Below, piece after piece: positions 49,636-57,469 of a stretch of DNA of 64,000 bases. The notes under the pieces are model-generated. The model had not been told where the DNA came from, ran no database searches, and saw only the letters and a program-made list of their open reading frames with translations. Location of the stretch: positions 1,449-65,448 of the forward strand of contig VGCC01000008.1 of NCBI GenBank assembly GCA_016870195.1. The letters run 5' to 3'. The stretch is from Actinomycetota bacterium (lineage in GTDB: Bacteria > Actinomycetota > Actinomycetes > S36-B12). The position numbers were made by a program, and so were the translations under genes. Position 1 is the stretch's first letter. Each line of letters opens with the position of its first letter.

Positions 49636-49652
49636 AGGATCGCAGCGATCCT
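49636..49652. promoter_or_regulatory. perfect 8-1-8 palindrome, candidate operator upstream of the tenA-like gene
   Basis: AGGATCGC-A-GCGATCCT read directly from the sequence, 78-94 nt upstream of the ATG at 49730, inside a 553-nt gap with no convincing ORF. The binding protein is unknown. Confidence 0.3.
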
Positions 49653-49729
49653 CGAGCGTATCCAGGTGGACCGAAGCGGCGACCTTTCCGACGCCTTCGT
49701 TTAACACATGGACGAGCTACCACTGTGGC

Positions 49730-50407
49730 ATGAATGATATCGCCATGGCCAGACTCTTCGACGATTTCGTGACAGGGGCAGGTGAGCTCTGGCAGGGCTA
49801 TCTGCATCACCCCTGGATGGACGCGATCCACGACGGCACACTCACTCGCAGGCGATTCGCCTTTTTCCTGGCCCAGGACATGCCCTATCAACGCGACTTC
49901 CTCAACGCCCTCGTCCTTGCTGCAAGCAAGGCAGCGGATCCGCAGACTCTGCTCAACATGCGCAGCTTTATTGCTGATGAGGCTGCCTTCGAAGAATCCC
50001 TGTTGGCGGAACTCCAGACCTCGTGGTCCTATGACCGATGGTCAGCCGGCCCTGCGCGAGAGGGCTACATGAATCACCTGATCCGGGTGGCGCACGAAGA
50101 GGACGTGTCAACGATCTGCGCTGCCCTCTTGCCCTGTGCGGCCGGCTTCACTGGTGCGATGGCTGAGCGCGCACCCAAGGCCGGCCTGGACCCGCTCTTC
50201 GTCCGTTGGCTTGAATATTACGAGCGCCCTTCGCAGTTTGAGTTTTCTAATGCATTAGTCGACACCTTTGAGTTGGGTCTGCAGGAGGCGTCGAAGTGGC
50301 GCGTCGACCATGCCCGGATGATTTTCACTCGCAGCGTGCAGCATCAACTCAATGCGCTTGATGCCGCCTGGCGTACCGCTGATCTGTGGTGCGGTAGCCG
50401 TGAGTGA
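49730..50407 (+). CDS. tenA: TenA-family thiaminase II / aminopyrimidine aminohydrolase (Cys-type)
   Basis: FFLAQDMPYQRDF and ALLPCAAGF align with B. subtilis TenA YYVLQDSYYLTHF and ALLPCYWLY (from memory), including the catalytic Cys context. 225 aa, all-helical. Confidence 0.8.
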   Translation: MNDIAMARLFDDFVTGAGELWQGYLHHPWMDAIHDGTLTRRRFAFFLAQDMPYQRDFLNALVLAASKAADPQTLLNMRSFIADEAAFEESLLAELQTSWSYDRWSAGPAREGYMNHLIRVAHEEDVSTICAALLPCAAGFTGAMAERAPKAGLDPLFVRWLEYYERPSQFEFSNALVDTFELGLQEASKWRVDHARMIFTRSVQHQLNALDAAWRTADLWCGSRE

Positions 50408-51122
50408 TGGGCCATTGGCTGGCCGACGGGCTCTGGTCATTGGCGGCGCTGGGGCACTCGGCGCCGCCATCGCAACGGCGTTTCGTACCGCCGAAGCGCA
50501 GGTGGTGATTGCTGATCAAATTCTGCCCGCCGACCAGCCGGAGGCGCTCACCATAGATCTGCGCGTCCCGGAGCAGTTCTCGCCGACCTTCACCCACGCC
50601 ACGCACCTGCTCGGCGGCCCAATCGAGATCCTTGTGTACAGCGCAGGGATTATCGATCGCTCACCAACATCAACCATGCCCTTGGCGCAGTGGCAGCAGA
50701 TGCTGCAGGTCCATCTCACTGGAGCGTTCCTGGCCTGCCAGCGGGTGACACCTGCGATGGTGCAGGCCCGTTGGGGGAGAATCATTCTGATTGGCTCCAA
50801 TCTGGGCAGCAAGGGCATGGCCGAACATGCGCACTACAGCGCAGCTAAAGCCGGGGTCATCGGCCTGATGAAGTCACTGGCTCGGGAGTTGGCTCCGAGC
50901 AACGTGCTGGTCAATGCGATTGCCCCCGGGCCATTTGAGTCGGTAATGGTGCAAGGACTCACGGCCAATGAGCGCCTAGCCAACGAGGCGGCCATGCCGA
51001 TTGGCCGGTTTGGACTCGCGGAGGAAATCGCGCCGAGCGCCGTGCTGCTGGCAAGTGATCCTGGGGGCAATCTCTATGTCGGTCAGACCCTGGGCCCGAA
51101 CTGTGGGGATGTGATGGTTTAG
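50400..51122 (+). CDS. SDR-family oxidoreductase (FabG-like)
   Basis: The GTG at 50400 overlaps the tenA stop. ALVIGGAGALGAAIA cofactor motif and YSAAK catalytic YxxxK. Confidence 0.85.
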   Translation: MSDGPLAGRRALVIGGAGALGAAIATAFRTAEAQVVIADQILPADQPEALTIDLRVPEQFSPTFTHATHLLGGPIEILVYSAGIIDRSPTSTMPLAQWQQMLQVHLTGAFLACQRVTPAMVQARWGRIILIGSNLGSKGMAEHAHYSAAKAGVIGLMKSLARELAPSNVLVNAIAPGPFESVMVQGLTANERLANEAAMPIGRFGLAEEIAPSAVLLASDPGGNLYVGQTLGPNCGDVMV

Positions 51123-51419
51123 GCCCCCACGTATGCACTCATGCGCAGGTCAAGTCGGCTGGGACCGCTGGCGTCACCTGCGTAGTTGTGGCCGGTTTGA
51201 TTTCACGGATCCTGCACGGCAATTACGCTCCGTCGCTGGGTTGAGACACCTCAGCACTAATCTTCCGCACCCGGCGTCGGCAAGACCGTGCTGGCCGTCG
51301 GGCTCGCATGAACTGCCGTCGAAGCGCTCCCCCTGACGCGCCACGGTAAGTCACTTTCCGGATACCGCACCTATTTGGCTGGCATTAGTGCGATGGACAG
51401 CAGATTCTTCATTCGATCA

Positions 51420-52049
51420 TTAGCTCCCTCTCGGCTTTCCTAAGTCAACCCGCGAGCAGCCAACCCAGACTATCGGGCTGTCGATGAGCACCTTGCCCAC
51501 ATTTTCGCTGACGCCCTGCGGCACAGTCGGGAGGAGAAAGCTGACCAGAAGATCCCCGGATCCCCTCGCACCGGGTAATTTCAGCACCGCAGCGGATGCA
51601 GCCGAGTAGACCGTCCGATCGGCGAATACGTGCCCGCCGTTGGGGCAGAACGCAATCGCAGTATTGAGGTTCATGCTCGGCCAGCATTCGTGGGCAACAT
51701 CGGGAGTGAGCACCTCGACGGCGAACTGGTTGGAGCGTAGGGACGCGGCAATCTCCTCGATTGCACCGGCGGAGCCATGGTCCACCTACCCGTTCTGCTC
51801 AAGGAGTACGGCACCGGAGTCAGCTTCCAACTCCCGCCAGAGGGGGAGGGAGTACTGGGCAAGTTCCGTGTACCGGGGATCGCGATAGGCGAACCGGAAG
51901 ATACGTGTCTGCCCGTGCGAGGAGCCCCACCGGTGCAGGTGCTCGAACTGCTCGAGCACAGCGACGGAGCGCCCACGCTTGGCGAGTTGCCACGCCGTCG
52001 CGGCACCCATGCCACCCGTGCCGACGACGACGTCTACGCGCTCGGTCAC
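51420..52049 (-). pseudogene. FAD-dependent sarcosine/N-methyltryptophan-oxidase-family gene, interrupted and 3'-truncated
   Basis: GTG at 52049 gives VTERVDVVVGTGGMGAATAWQLAKRG (dinucleotide fold) and SSHGQTRIFRFAY. An in-frame TAG at 51786..51788 joins the two listed 121-aa ORFs, which are contiguous in one frame. Family-like sequence ends about 210 codons in, whereas family members are about 380 aa as I recall. Confidence 0.7.
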
Positions 52050-52069
52050 GGTCCGAGCGTAGAGGCGCG

Positions 52070-54229
52070 CTATCGGGGGAGGGCGTCGACGAGTTCCTTG
52101 CTCCCGGGCGCGGGCTCCGGAATGGAGTCTTTGGCGAGCCGATTGGGCCACCAGGTGCGCTTACCGATATCGACCACGAGCCCGGGCACCACCAGCGTGC
52201 GGACCAGCAAGGTGTCGAGAAGGACACCGAGTGCCACGGCCAAGCCGATCTGGGCGAGTGCGACGAACGGTAGAACTCCGAGCACCGTGAATGTTGCGGC
52301 GAGCACGATGCCCGCGCTCGTAATCACCCCTCCGGTCACGGCCAAGGCTCGAAGCATCCCGATCCTGGTCCCGCACTTCGCCGCTTCCTCACGAGCTCGC
52401 ACGGCGAGGAAGATGTTGTAGTCGACACCGAGAGCGACGAGGAAGACGAACGCCAGAAGTGGAAGCGAGACATCGAAACGCTCGAAGCCGAGCACCTCGC
52501 TGGACACGATCGCGGTGAGACCCATCGCCGCGGCAAAGCTCAGCACCGTTGTGCCAAGCAAGAGCAGCGGCGTGACGAGACTGCGCAGGAACAGACACAG
52601 CAACAGCAAGACGCTGCCCAACACGAGGGGCACCACCCGATTGCGCGTCTCGGTTTGTGCCACATCGAAGTCCAGGTTGTCCGCGCTATCCCCACCCACG
52701 AGTGCCTCGGTCTCGGGGAGTTCGGCTAACGAAGTGCGCATATCGCGTACCGCCTGATAGGCGATATCGCCTTGCGGATCCGCGTCGATGGTGACGAGGA
52801 GTTGCGACCAGGTGTCGTTCTGCGGTCCTGGTTCCACCGCGGCAACGTTGGTGATCCCGTCAAGCGCGTCCGTCGCTGTCGCTTCCGTCCCCGGGCGAAC
52901 GAGCACGATCGTGCGGTTCGCTTCACCCTCGGGAAAATGCGCGGCGATGATCTTCTGGCCATCGACGCTGGCCGCCTCACCGCGAAAGTTATCCGAGAGT
53001 GACAGACCGAGATCGAGTTTGACCAAGCCGCCGGACAGGGCGACGAGCACGAGGATGCCGCCGACCCACACCGTCCGCGGCCGACGCGCAACCACACGCC
53101 CGACCCGGCCCCACACGGATTTCCCTACCGGGGGTGCGCTGCCCTCGCGCGGGACGAAGGGCCAGAACACCCAGCGGCCGAAGATGACCATGAATGCGGG
53201 AAGCAGTGTCATCGCGGCGAGCAGCGCGCAGATCACTCCGATGAAACCCGCGGGCCCCAGTCCACGCGTGGTGCCGACGGTGGCGGCGAGTAGGCAGAGC
53301 AACCCGGCCCCGACGGTTGCGGCGCTGGCGAGGATCGCTTCCCCCGCACCGCGCATCGCACGTGCCATGGCCTCGTGACGATCGCTCATCGTGCGGAGCT
53401 CCTCGCGGTACCGTGAAATTAAGAGGAGTGCGTAGTCGGTGCCGACACCGAAGACCAAGACGAGCGTGATGCCGGCGATCTGACCATCGACGGTGGCACC
53501 GAAGATCTCCACTAGATACGTCATGCCTGCGCGTGACAGGTAGTCGCCGATCACCACGGCGAAGAGTGGGATAGCCCAGAGGATGGGACTTCGGTAGGTG
53601 ATGAGGAGGAGCAAGGCCACGACGATCGAGGTGGCCAGCAGGAGATTCGTGTTCACCCCGGAGAACACCTGGGACAGGTCGGCGATCACACCGGCTGCAC
53701 CCGTAACGGCGATGCGCAAACCGGTGGCATCACCCGCGGGTGCCTCCCCCACGGCCTCTCGCAACTCATCGACTTTCCCGGTGAGGTCATCGCCGTCGAC
53801 CGGGACGAAGGGCAGCACAATGATTGCTGCTTCACCATCGGCGCTGGGTACGGGTTGCGCTGCCTGCGGGGGAGCTCCGACGATGTTCGCGCCGTTGACC
53901 GCATCCGTCGCAATCTTCGCTAGGTCGGCCTCGGTCAGGCCACCCACCCGCTCGTACGCGATCACGGCGGGCACGGCGTCACCGCCGGGAAAGTCCTCGA
54001 GCGCTTGCGCGACGAGGGCGGACTGTGTGTCTGAGGGACGGGAGTTCGCCGGGTCGGTGGACTGCACGCTCTCTAGTCGTGCCGCGGCACCCGCAGTCAG
54101 GCCGAGCAGGATCACCCAGAACAGCAGGGTGAGCCACTTTCCCTTCCTGCCCGACGGCGCAAGCAGTACGCGCCAGATTCCCGTGCGAACCGTCGACATG
54201 TTCTTGGAGACCATCCCTACCCCCTCCAC
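52070..54229 (-). CDS. MMPL-family (RND superfamily) transporter
   Basis: 719 aa with a two-fold repeat of 6 TM helices plus an extracytoplasmic domain. MMPL motifs GTDYALLLISRYREEL and GVDYNIFLAVRAREE. The start is uncertain (alternatives at 54214 and 54199). Confidence 0.9.
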   Translation of the reverse strand: MEGVGMVSKNMSTVRTGIWRVLLAPSGRKGKWLTLLFWVILLGLTAGAAARLESVQSTDPANSRPSDTQSALVAQALEDFPGGDAVPAVIAYERVGGLTEADLAKIATDAVNGANIVGAPPQAAQPVPSADGEAAIIVLPFVPVDGDDLTGKVDELREAVGEAPAGDATGLRIAVTGAAGVIADLSQVFSGVNTNLLLATSIVVALLLLITYRSPILWAIPLFAVVIGDYLSRAGMTYLVEIFGATVDGQIAGITLVLVFGVGTDYALLLISRYREELRTMSDRHEAMARAMRGAGEAILASAATVGAGLLCLLAATVGTTRGLGPAGFIGVICALLAAMTLLPAFMVIFGRWVFWPFVPREGSAPPVGKSVWGRVGRVVARRPRTVWVGGILVLVALSGGLVKLDLGLSLSDNFRGEAASVDGQKIIAAHFPEGEANRTIVLVRPGTEATATDALDGITNVAAVEPGPQNDTWSQLLVTIDADPQGDIAYQAVRDMRTSLAELPETEALVGGDSADNLDFDVAQTETRNRVVPLVLGSVLLLLCLFLRSLVTPLLLLGTTVLSFAAAMGLTAIVSSEVLGFERFDVSLPLLAFVFLVALGVDYNIFLAVRAREEAAKCGTRIGMLRALAVTGGVITSAGIVLAATFTVLGVLPFVALAQIGLAVALGVLLDTLLVRTLVVPGLVVDIGKRTWWPNRLAKDSIPEPAPGSKELVDALPR

Positions 54230-54402
54230 ACCACCCCGCGTGGGCGACGGAGCACGAGCCTAGGAAGGGGGGTTTCCACGGGCACCCTCGGGTGGTTCGT
54301 GGTGTGCTGGGTCGGTCGCTCCCCACCCGCGGGACCTAGGTGCGCGTCCCCCGATAGCCTCGACCACGATATGGCTTAGCTGGGAGAAGATGAGGAGTGG
54401 TC

Positions 54403-56373
54403 ATGGGACGTCGGATCACGGGTGCTGGCGTAGCGGGCTCACTCTTGGCGGTGGCGCTGGCGAGCGTGGCTGTTCCTGCGAGCGCGGACACGGGCAACCC
54501 GCTGGACTTTGGGCCGGTGTTCGCCCTCGCCGGTCCCGAGGGCTACCCCGCGAAGAATGGCTACTACACCCGACCTGATGCCACCAAGTGGGGCTGGAAC
54601 GAGCAGGTGCTGCCCGTCGGCCTGGCTGACGGACGCGGCCAGAACAGCGCGTCGGCAGCGATCGCGATGAACTGCTTCCCCGTCACCGGCGAGGAGCCGA
54701 AGGACCAGCTGCTGGCCCTCAATCGCGCGCTGCTCGAGGGCGCGTGCAAGCTGCACCCCGGTTCGGTGACTTTCAACCTCGGCACCGCGCATCGCGGCCG
54801 CAATCGCGATGGCAACACATTCTCGACGCAAGACCGCCGCTACTTCATCCGCTATTCGCGCACCGCCGACTGTGAGTCTCCCACGGTCAACGGTGACGGC
54901 GCCGAGGTCGCTCCCGACATGACCGGCTACGGCCTGCGCATGGACGTGATCCGCGGCATCGCCGACGCGAATACCCAGATCACCCGGCAGATCCCCGTCG
55001 ACAAAGTCGGCCAATACCTGTGCATCACGCAGGGGCATACGGGCACCCAGTTCGTGGAGAGCTGGATTCCCATCCTGGGCGTCGACGAGGCCTTCGCCTG
55101 GCGCGTGCGCGGACCGTGGACGGTCTTCAAGATCGTGGCCGCGGGCGACAGTGACAAACCGACAGGCGTGACGGCGACCGCTGGCAACGCCGAGGCACTG
55201 GTGCGCTGGGACTACACCGCCAGCCAGCTCGCGGCCACCACGTTCACGGCCACCTCATCGCCCGATGGCCGGACCTGTTGGGTCCTCGGCGCCAAGACCT
55301 GCCTGGTCACCGGCCTGCGCAATGGTGTCGCCTACACGTTCACCGTGCGCGCAGAGCGCGGAGCGCTGCGGGCGGACTCCGCACCCTCGGCCGCCGTCAC
55401 GCCCCGCGATGCCAACGCCCCTGGGCCAGGTGGCAATGCAGCGAACGTGCAACCGCTGGCAGCATCTCGCCTCATCGTCGCGCCCGTGAACAGCAATGAC
55501 GTCCGCCCTCTGGGCGCCGTGGAAGTGACGGCACCGCTGTCAGGGTCCCTCGCGGCCGGTCAGCAGATCACGGGTCGGTTCGTCCTTGCGTGTTTCGTTG
55601 ACGATCGCGGGGACGGCTGTGGGGCCGAGCGGCGTCGATTGGAACTTCGCCCCACCATCGAACTCCAGAAAGTCCGAGTGTGGATTCCGAGTTCGGCCGC
55701 CGGAAAATTCCTGCGTCTGACGCAGACGGTCACAACGAATACCGTCGCACCATCCTCACCCGCCGTGTACTCGTTTGTGGTCCGCCAACCGGCTGTTGGT
55801 CAGGCGCTCGTGGATCCGCCCGCCGGCGCCGATCCCAACGCGGCCGTGCCGCAACAGGTGGGCGAGGTAGCCGCCGTGCCCGCGGGGGCGCAGAACGCGC
55901 CCGCGGATGCAGGGGCTGCGAACCCAGGGGCAGCCGCCCCCGGCGATAGCGCAGCGCCGGCGCCAGTGCCCGTCGATGCGAGCGCCCTGGGAGCCCTTGC
56001 GGGCGCTGCACGCGTGAATCTGGAGGTGGCACCCATCGTCAACACTGAGGGTGAGGGCGCGAATGGTGCGCAGTCACTGAAGTTGAATGCGCCCGCGGTG
56101 CAGAAGAAGAACTCCAAGATCCCGCTCTCCGCGGTGCTATCCCCGAAAGCTGCGGGCACGGTCACGTTCACGTTGACCCGCGTGACGCCGAAGGGTAAGT
56201 GGATCGTCGGCAAGGTGAAGACGGCAACCGTGAACTCGAAGGGCAAGGCGTCCTCGAAGTGGGTGCTCGAGCCGAAGAAACCGGCCGGTGCCTACACCGT
56301 CGTTGCATCCTTCGTGCCGAAGCAGAAGGGTGCTCCGGGCGTCACGGTGACAAAGGCGATCACGGTGCAGTAG
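54403..56373 (+). CDS. large secreted protein with one FN3 domain and a C-terminal Ig-like domain; N-terminal domain of unknown family
   Basis: Signal peptide GSLLAVALASVAVPASA|DT. FN3-like PTGVTATAGNAEALVRWDY...GLRNGVAYTFTVRA. Ala/Pro-rich linker and a Lys-rich beta C-terminus. ATG at 54403 sits 6 nt after GAGGAG. Confidence 0.75.
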   Translation: MGRRITGAGVAGSLLAVALASVAVPASADTGNPLDFGPVFALAGPEGYPAKNGYYTRPDATKWGWNEQVLPVGLADGRGQNSASAAIAMNCFPVTGEEPKDQLLALNRALLEGACKLHPGSVTFNLGTAHRGRNRDGNTFSTQDRRYFIRYSRTADCESPTVNGDGAEVAPDMTGYGLRMDVIRGIADANTQITRQIPVDKVGQYLCITQGHTGTQFVESWIPILGVDEAFAWRVRGPWTVFKIVAAGDSDKPTGVTATAGNAEALVRWDYTASQLAATTFTATSSPDGRTCWVLGAKTCLVTGLRNGVAYTFTVRAERGALRADSAPSAAVTPRDANAPGPGGNAANVQPLAASRLIVAPVNSNDVRPLGAVEVTAPLSGSLAAGQQITGRFVLACFVDDRGDGCGAERRRLELRPTIELQKVRVWIPSSAAGKFLRLTQTVTTNTVAPSSPAVYSFVVRQPAVGQALVDPPAGADPNAAVPQQVGEVAAVPAGAQNAPADAGAANPGAAAPGDSAAPAPVPVDASALGALAGAARVNLEVAPIVNTEGEGANGAQSLKLNAPAVQKKNSKIPLSAVLSPKAAGTVTFTLTRVTPKGKWIVGKVKTATVNSKGKASSKWVLEPKKPAGAYTVVASFVPKQKGAPGVTVTKAITVQ

Positions 56374-56384
56374 CGAACGGCACG

Positions 56385-57000
56385 TCAGAGCAGACCGCGG
56401 CGTCCGCCATCGCCGCCAGCGCCCCCGTTGCCGGCGGTACCCGCGACTCCACTCACTCCGGCGTTCCCTCCGGCGCCACCATTGCCACCGTTGCCACCGG
56501 TCCCGACGCCACCGTTACCCCCGTTGCCGCCTGCGCCACCATTGCCACCGGTGCTGCCTAGGCCGCCGGCACCCCCGTTGCCACCATTCCCGTCGGTGCC
56601 CACGCCGAACGCGGTTCCGCCATCGCCGCCGTTGCCCCCGTTGCCAGCGGTCGCCCCGCTACCTCCGTTGCCACCGGCTGCGCGCGTGCCGGAAGTGGCG
56701 TTCCCTCCGTTGCCGCCATGACCGCCGTTGCCCCCGTTGCCGGAAAACAGCCCGCCATGACCACCGTCGCCACCATGGCCACCGTCGTTCGCGATGGATG
56801 CATGGCCTCCGTTGCCGCCGTTCCCTCCGTTGCCGGCGCGGCCGGCGCGGCCGCCGTCTCCGCCATGGCAGGCCGGGCACTCGTTCGCGGCATGGCCGCC
56901 GTTTCCGCCATTGCCGCCGTACCACCCGGCGTTGCCACCTTCGCCACCGTTGAACCCGTTACCACCATGACCGAGGAGATGACCTGCATCACCACCATCG
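56385..57000. repeat. degenerate short-period coding repeat (GGC/GGT-AAC/GCC units) encoding the Gly-rich tract
   Basis: On the + strand it reads as reiterated gccaccgttgcc / gccgccgttgcc variants. It creates mirror Pro-rich and Ala/Thr-rich shadow ORFs in other frames. Confidence 0.7.
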
Positions 57001-57350
57001 CACTCGCGACCCGCGGTGCATGTGGTCGCGTCGAAGGAGAAGCCATTGCCGACGAGCAGCCCTGCGTCGGGATCGGTCGCGGTGCCATCGCGGAAGAGGA
57101 TGTCGAGGCAGGCTGCGGACTTCGCCTTGATGAGTGCGATCAGTTCGGGGACACCGCGCTCACGTGCAGTGCCTGGGACGTCCACGGTGAGGAGCAGGGG
57201 TCGCGCCATGGCCAGCGCCTGGTTGACGCACTTCTGCGATGAACCCGGTTGAGCTGCATGGGCCGGCGCGGTTCCCACGACGAGGGCCGCACCTGCGAGT
57301 GCCGAGGCACCGAGGGCAGCAGCAATTGTCTGGCGTCGTGAGGACCGCAT
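56385..57350 (-). CDS. secreted glycine-rich (PGRS-like GGN/GGA/GGH repeat) protein
   Basis: ATG at 57350 with GGGAAGGGAA upstream. Twin-Arg-like signal [32 protein letters not shown]|AQ, an approximately 85-aa head with 2 Cys, then about 200 aa of GGNGG/GGAGG/GGHGG units ending in a stop. The upstream part of the ORF-track 401-aa ORF is Arg-rich and non-protein-like. Confidence 0.75.
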   Translation of the reverse strand: MRSSRRQTIAAALGASALAGAALVVGTAPAHAAQPGSSQKCVNQALAMARPLLLTVDVPGTARERGVPELIALIKAKSAACLDILFRDGTATDPDAGLLVGNGFSFDATTCTAGRECDGGDAGHLLGHGGNGFNGGEGGNAGWYGGNGGNGGHAANECPACHGGDGGRAGRAGNGGNGGNGGHASIANDGGHGGDGGHGGLFSGNGGNGGHGGNGGNATSGTRAAGGNGGSGATAGNGGNGGDGGTAFGVGTDGNGGNGGAGGLGSTGGNGGAGGNGGNGGVGTGGNGGNGGAGGNAGVSGVAGTAGNGGAGGDGGRRGLL

Positions 57351-57469
57351 GGGTGTTCCCTTCCCTTGATCACGTTCCTGGGATGGTAAGCCTGGGTGGA
57401 CCTGAAAACGAAACGACTTCCGAATACTCGTAGCATCGCGTTGCTCGCTCACGAGGGAATCGAGGCGCA

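Larger units (their letters stand above)
46320..51420 (+). other. putative horizontally acquired islet (five plus-strand genes, lower GC than surroundings)
   Basis: All genes are on the + strand while both flanks are on the - strand. Hand counts of single 60-nt lines give 34/60 G+C at 46801..46860 against 40/60 at 4201..4260. A/T-ending codons are frequent. The islet is bounded by fragments of one FAD-oxidase gene. The boundaries are approximate. Confidence 0.45.

Noticed and set aside
51261-51311. Plus-strand Walker-A-like fragment SSAPGVGKTVLAVGLA* in the cassette's right flank, which could be a relic of a P-loop gene (BioD-, AAA+- or IstB-like).
   Set aside because: Only 16 codons are open (TAA directly upstream, TGA at the end), and G/V/K-rich strings arise easily in GC-rich DNA. 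That is too short to call without a tBLASTx hit.
56428-56721. Plus-strand 97-aa proline-rich ORF (PPLPPLPP...) and other shadow ORFs across the Gly-rich repeat.
   Set aside because: It is the mirror image of GGN codons (NCC = Pro). It has no signal peptide, SD or coherent N-terminus. The minus-strand frame has a start with an SD, a signal peptide and a defined head domain.
56385-57000. Short-period DNA repeat that could be mistaken for a CRISPR or tandem-repeat array.
   Set aside because: The period is 6-15 nt, degenerate and entirely in-frame coding. There is no repeat-spacer structure of ~30 nt and no cas genes.
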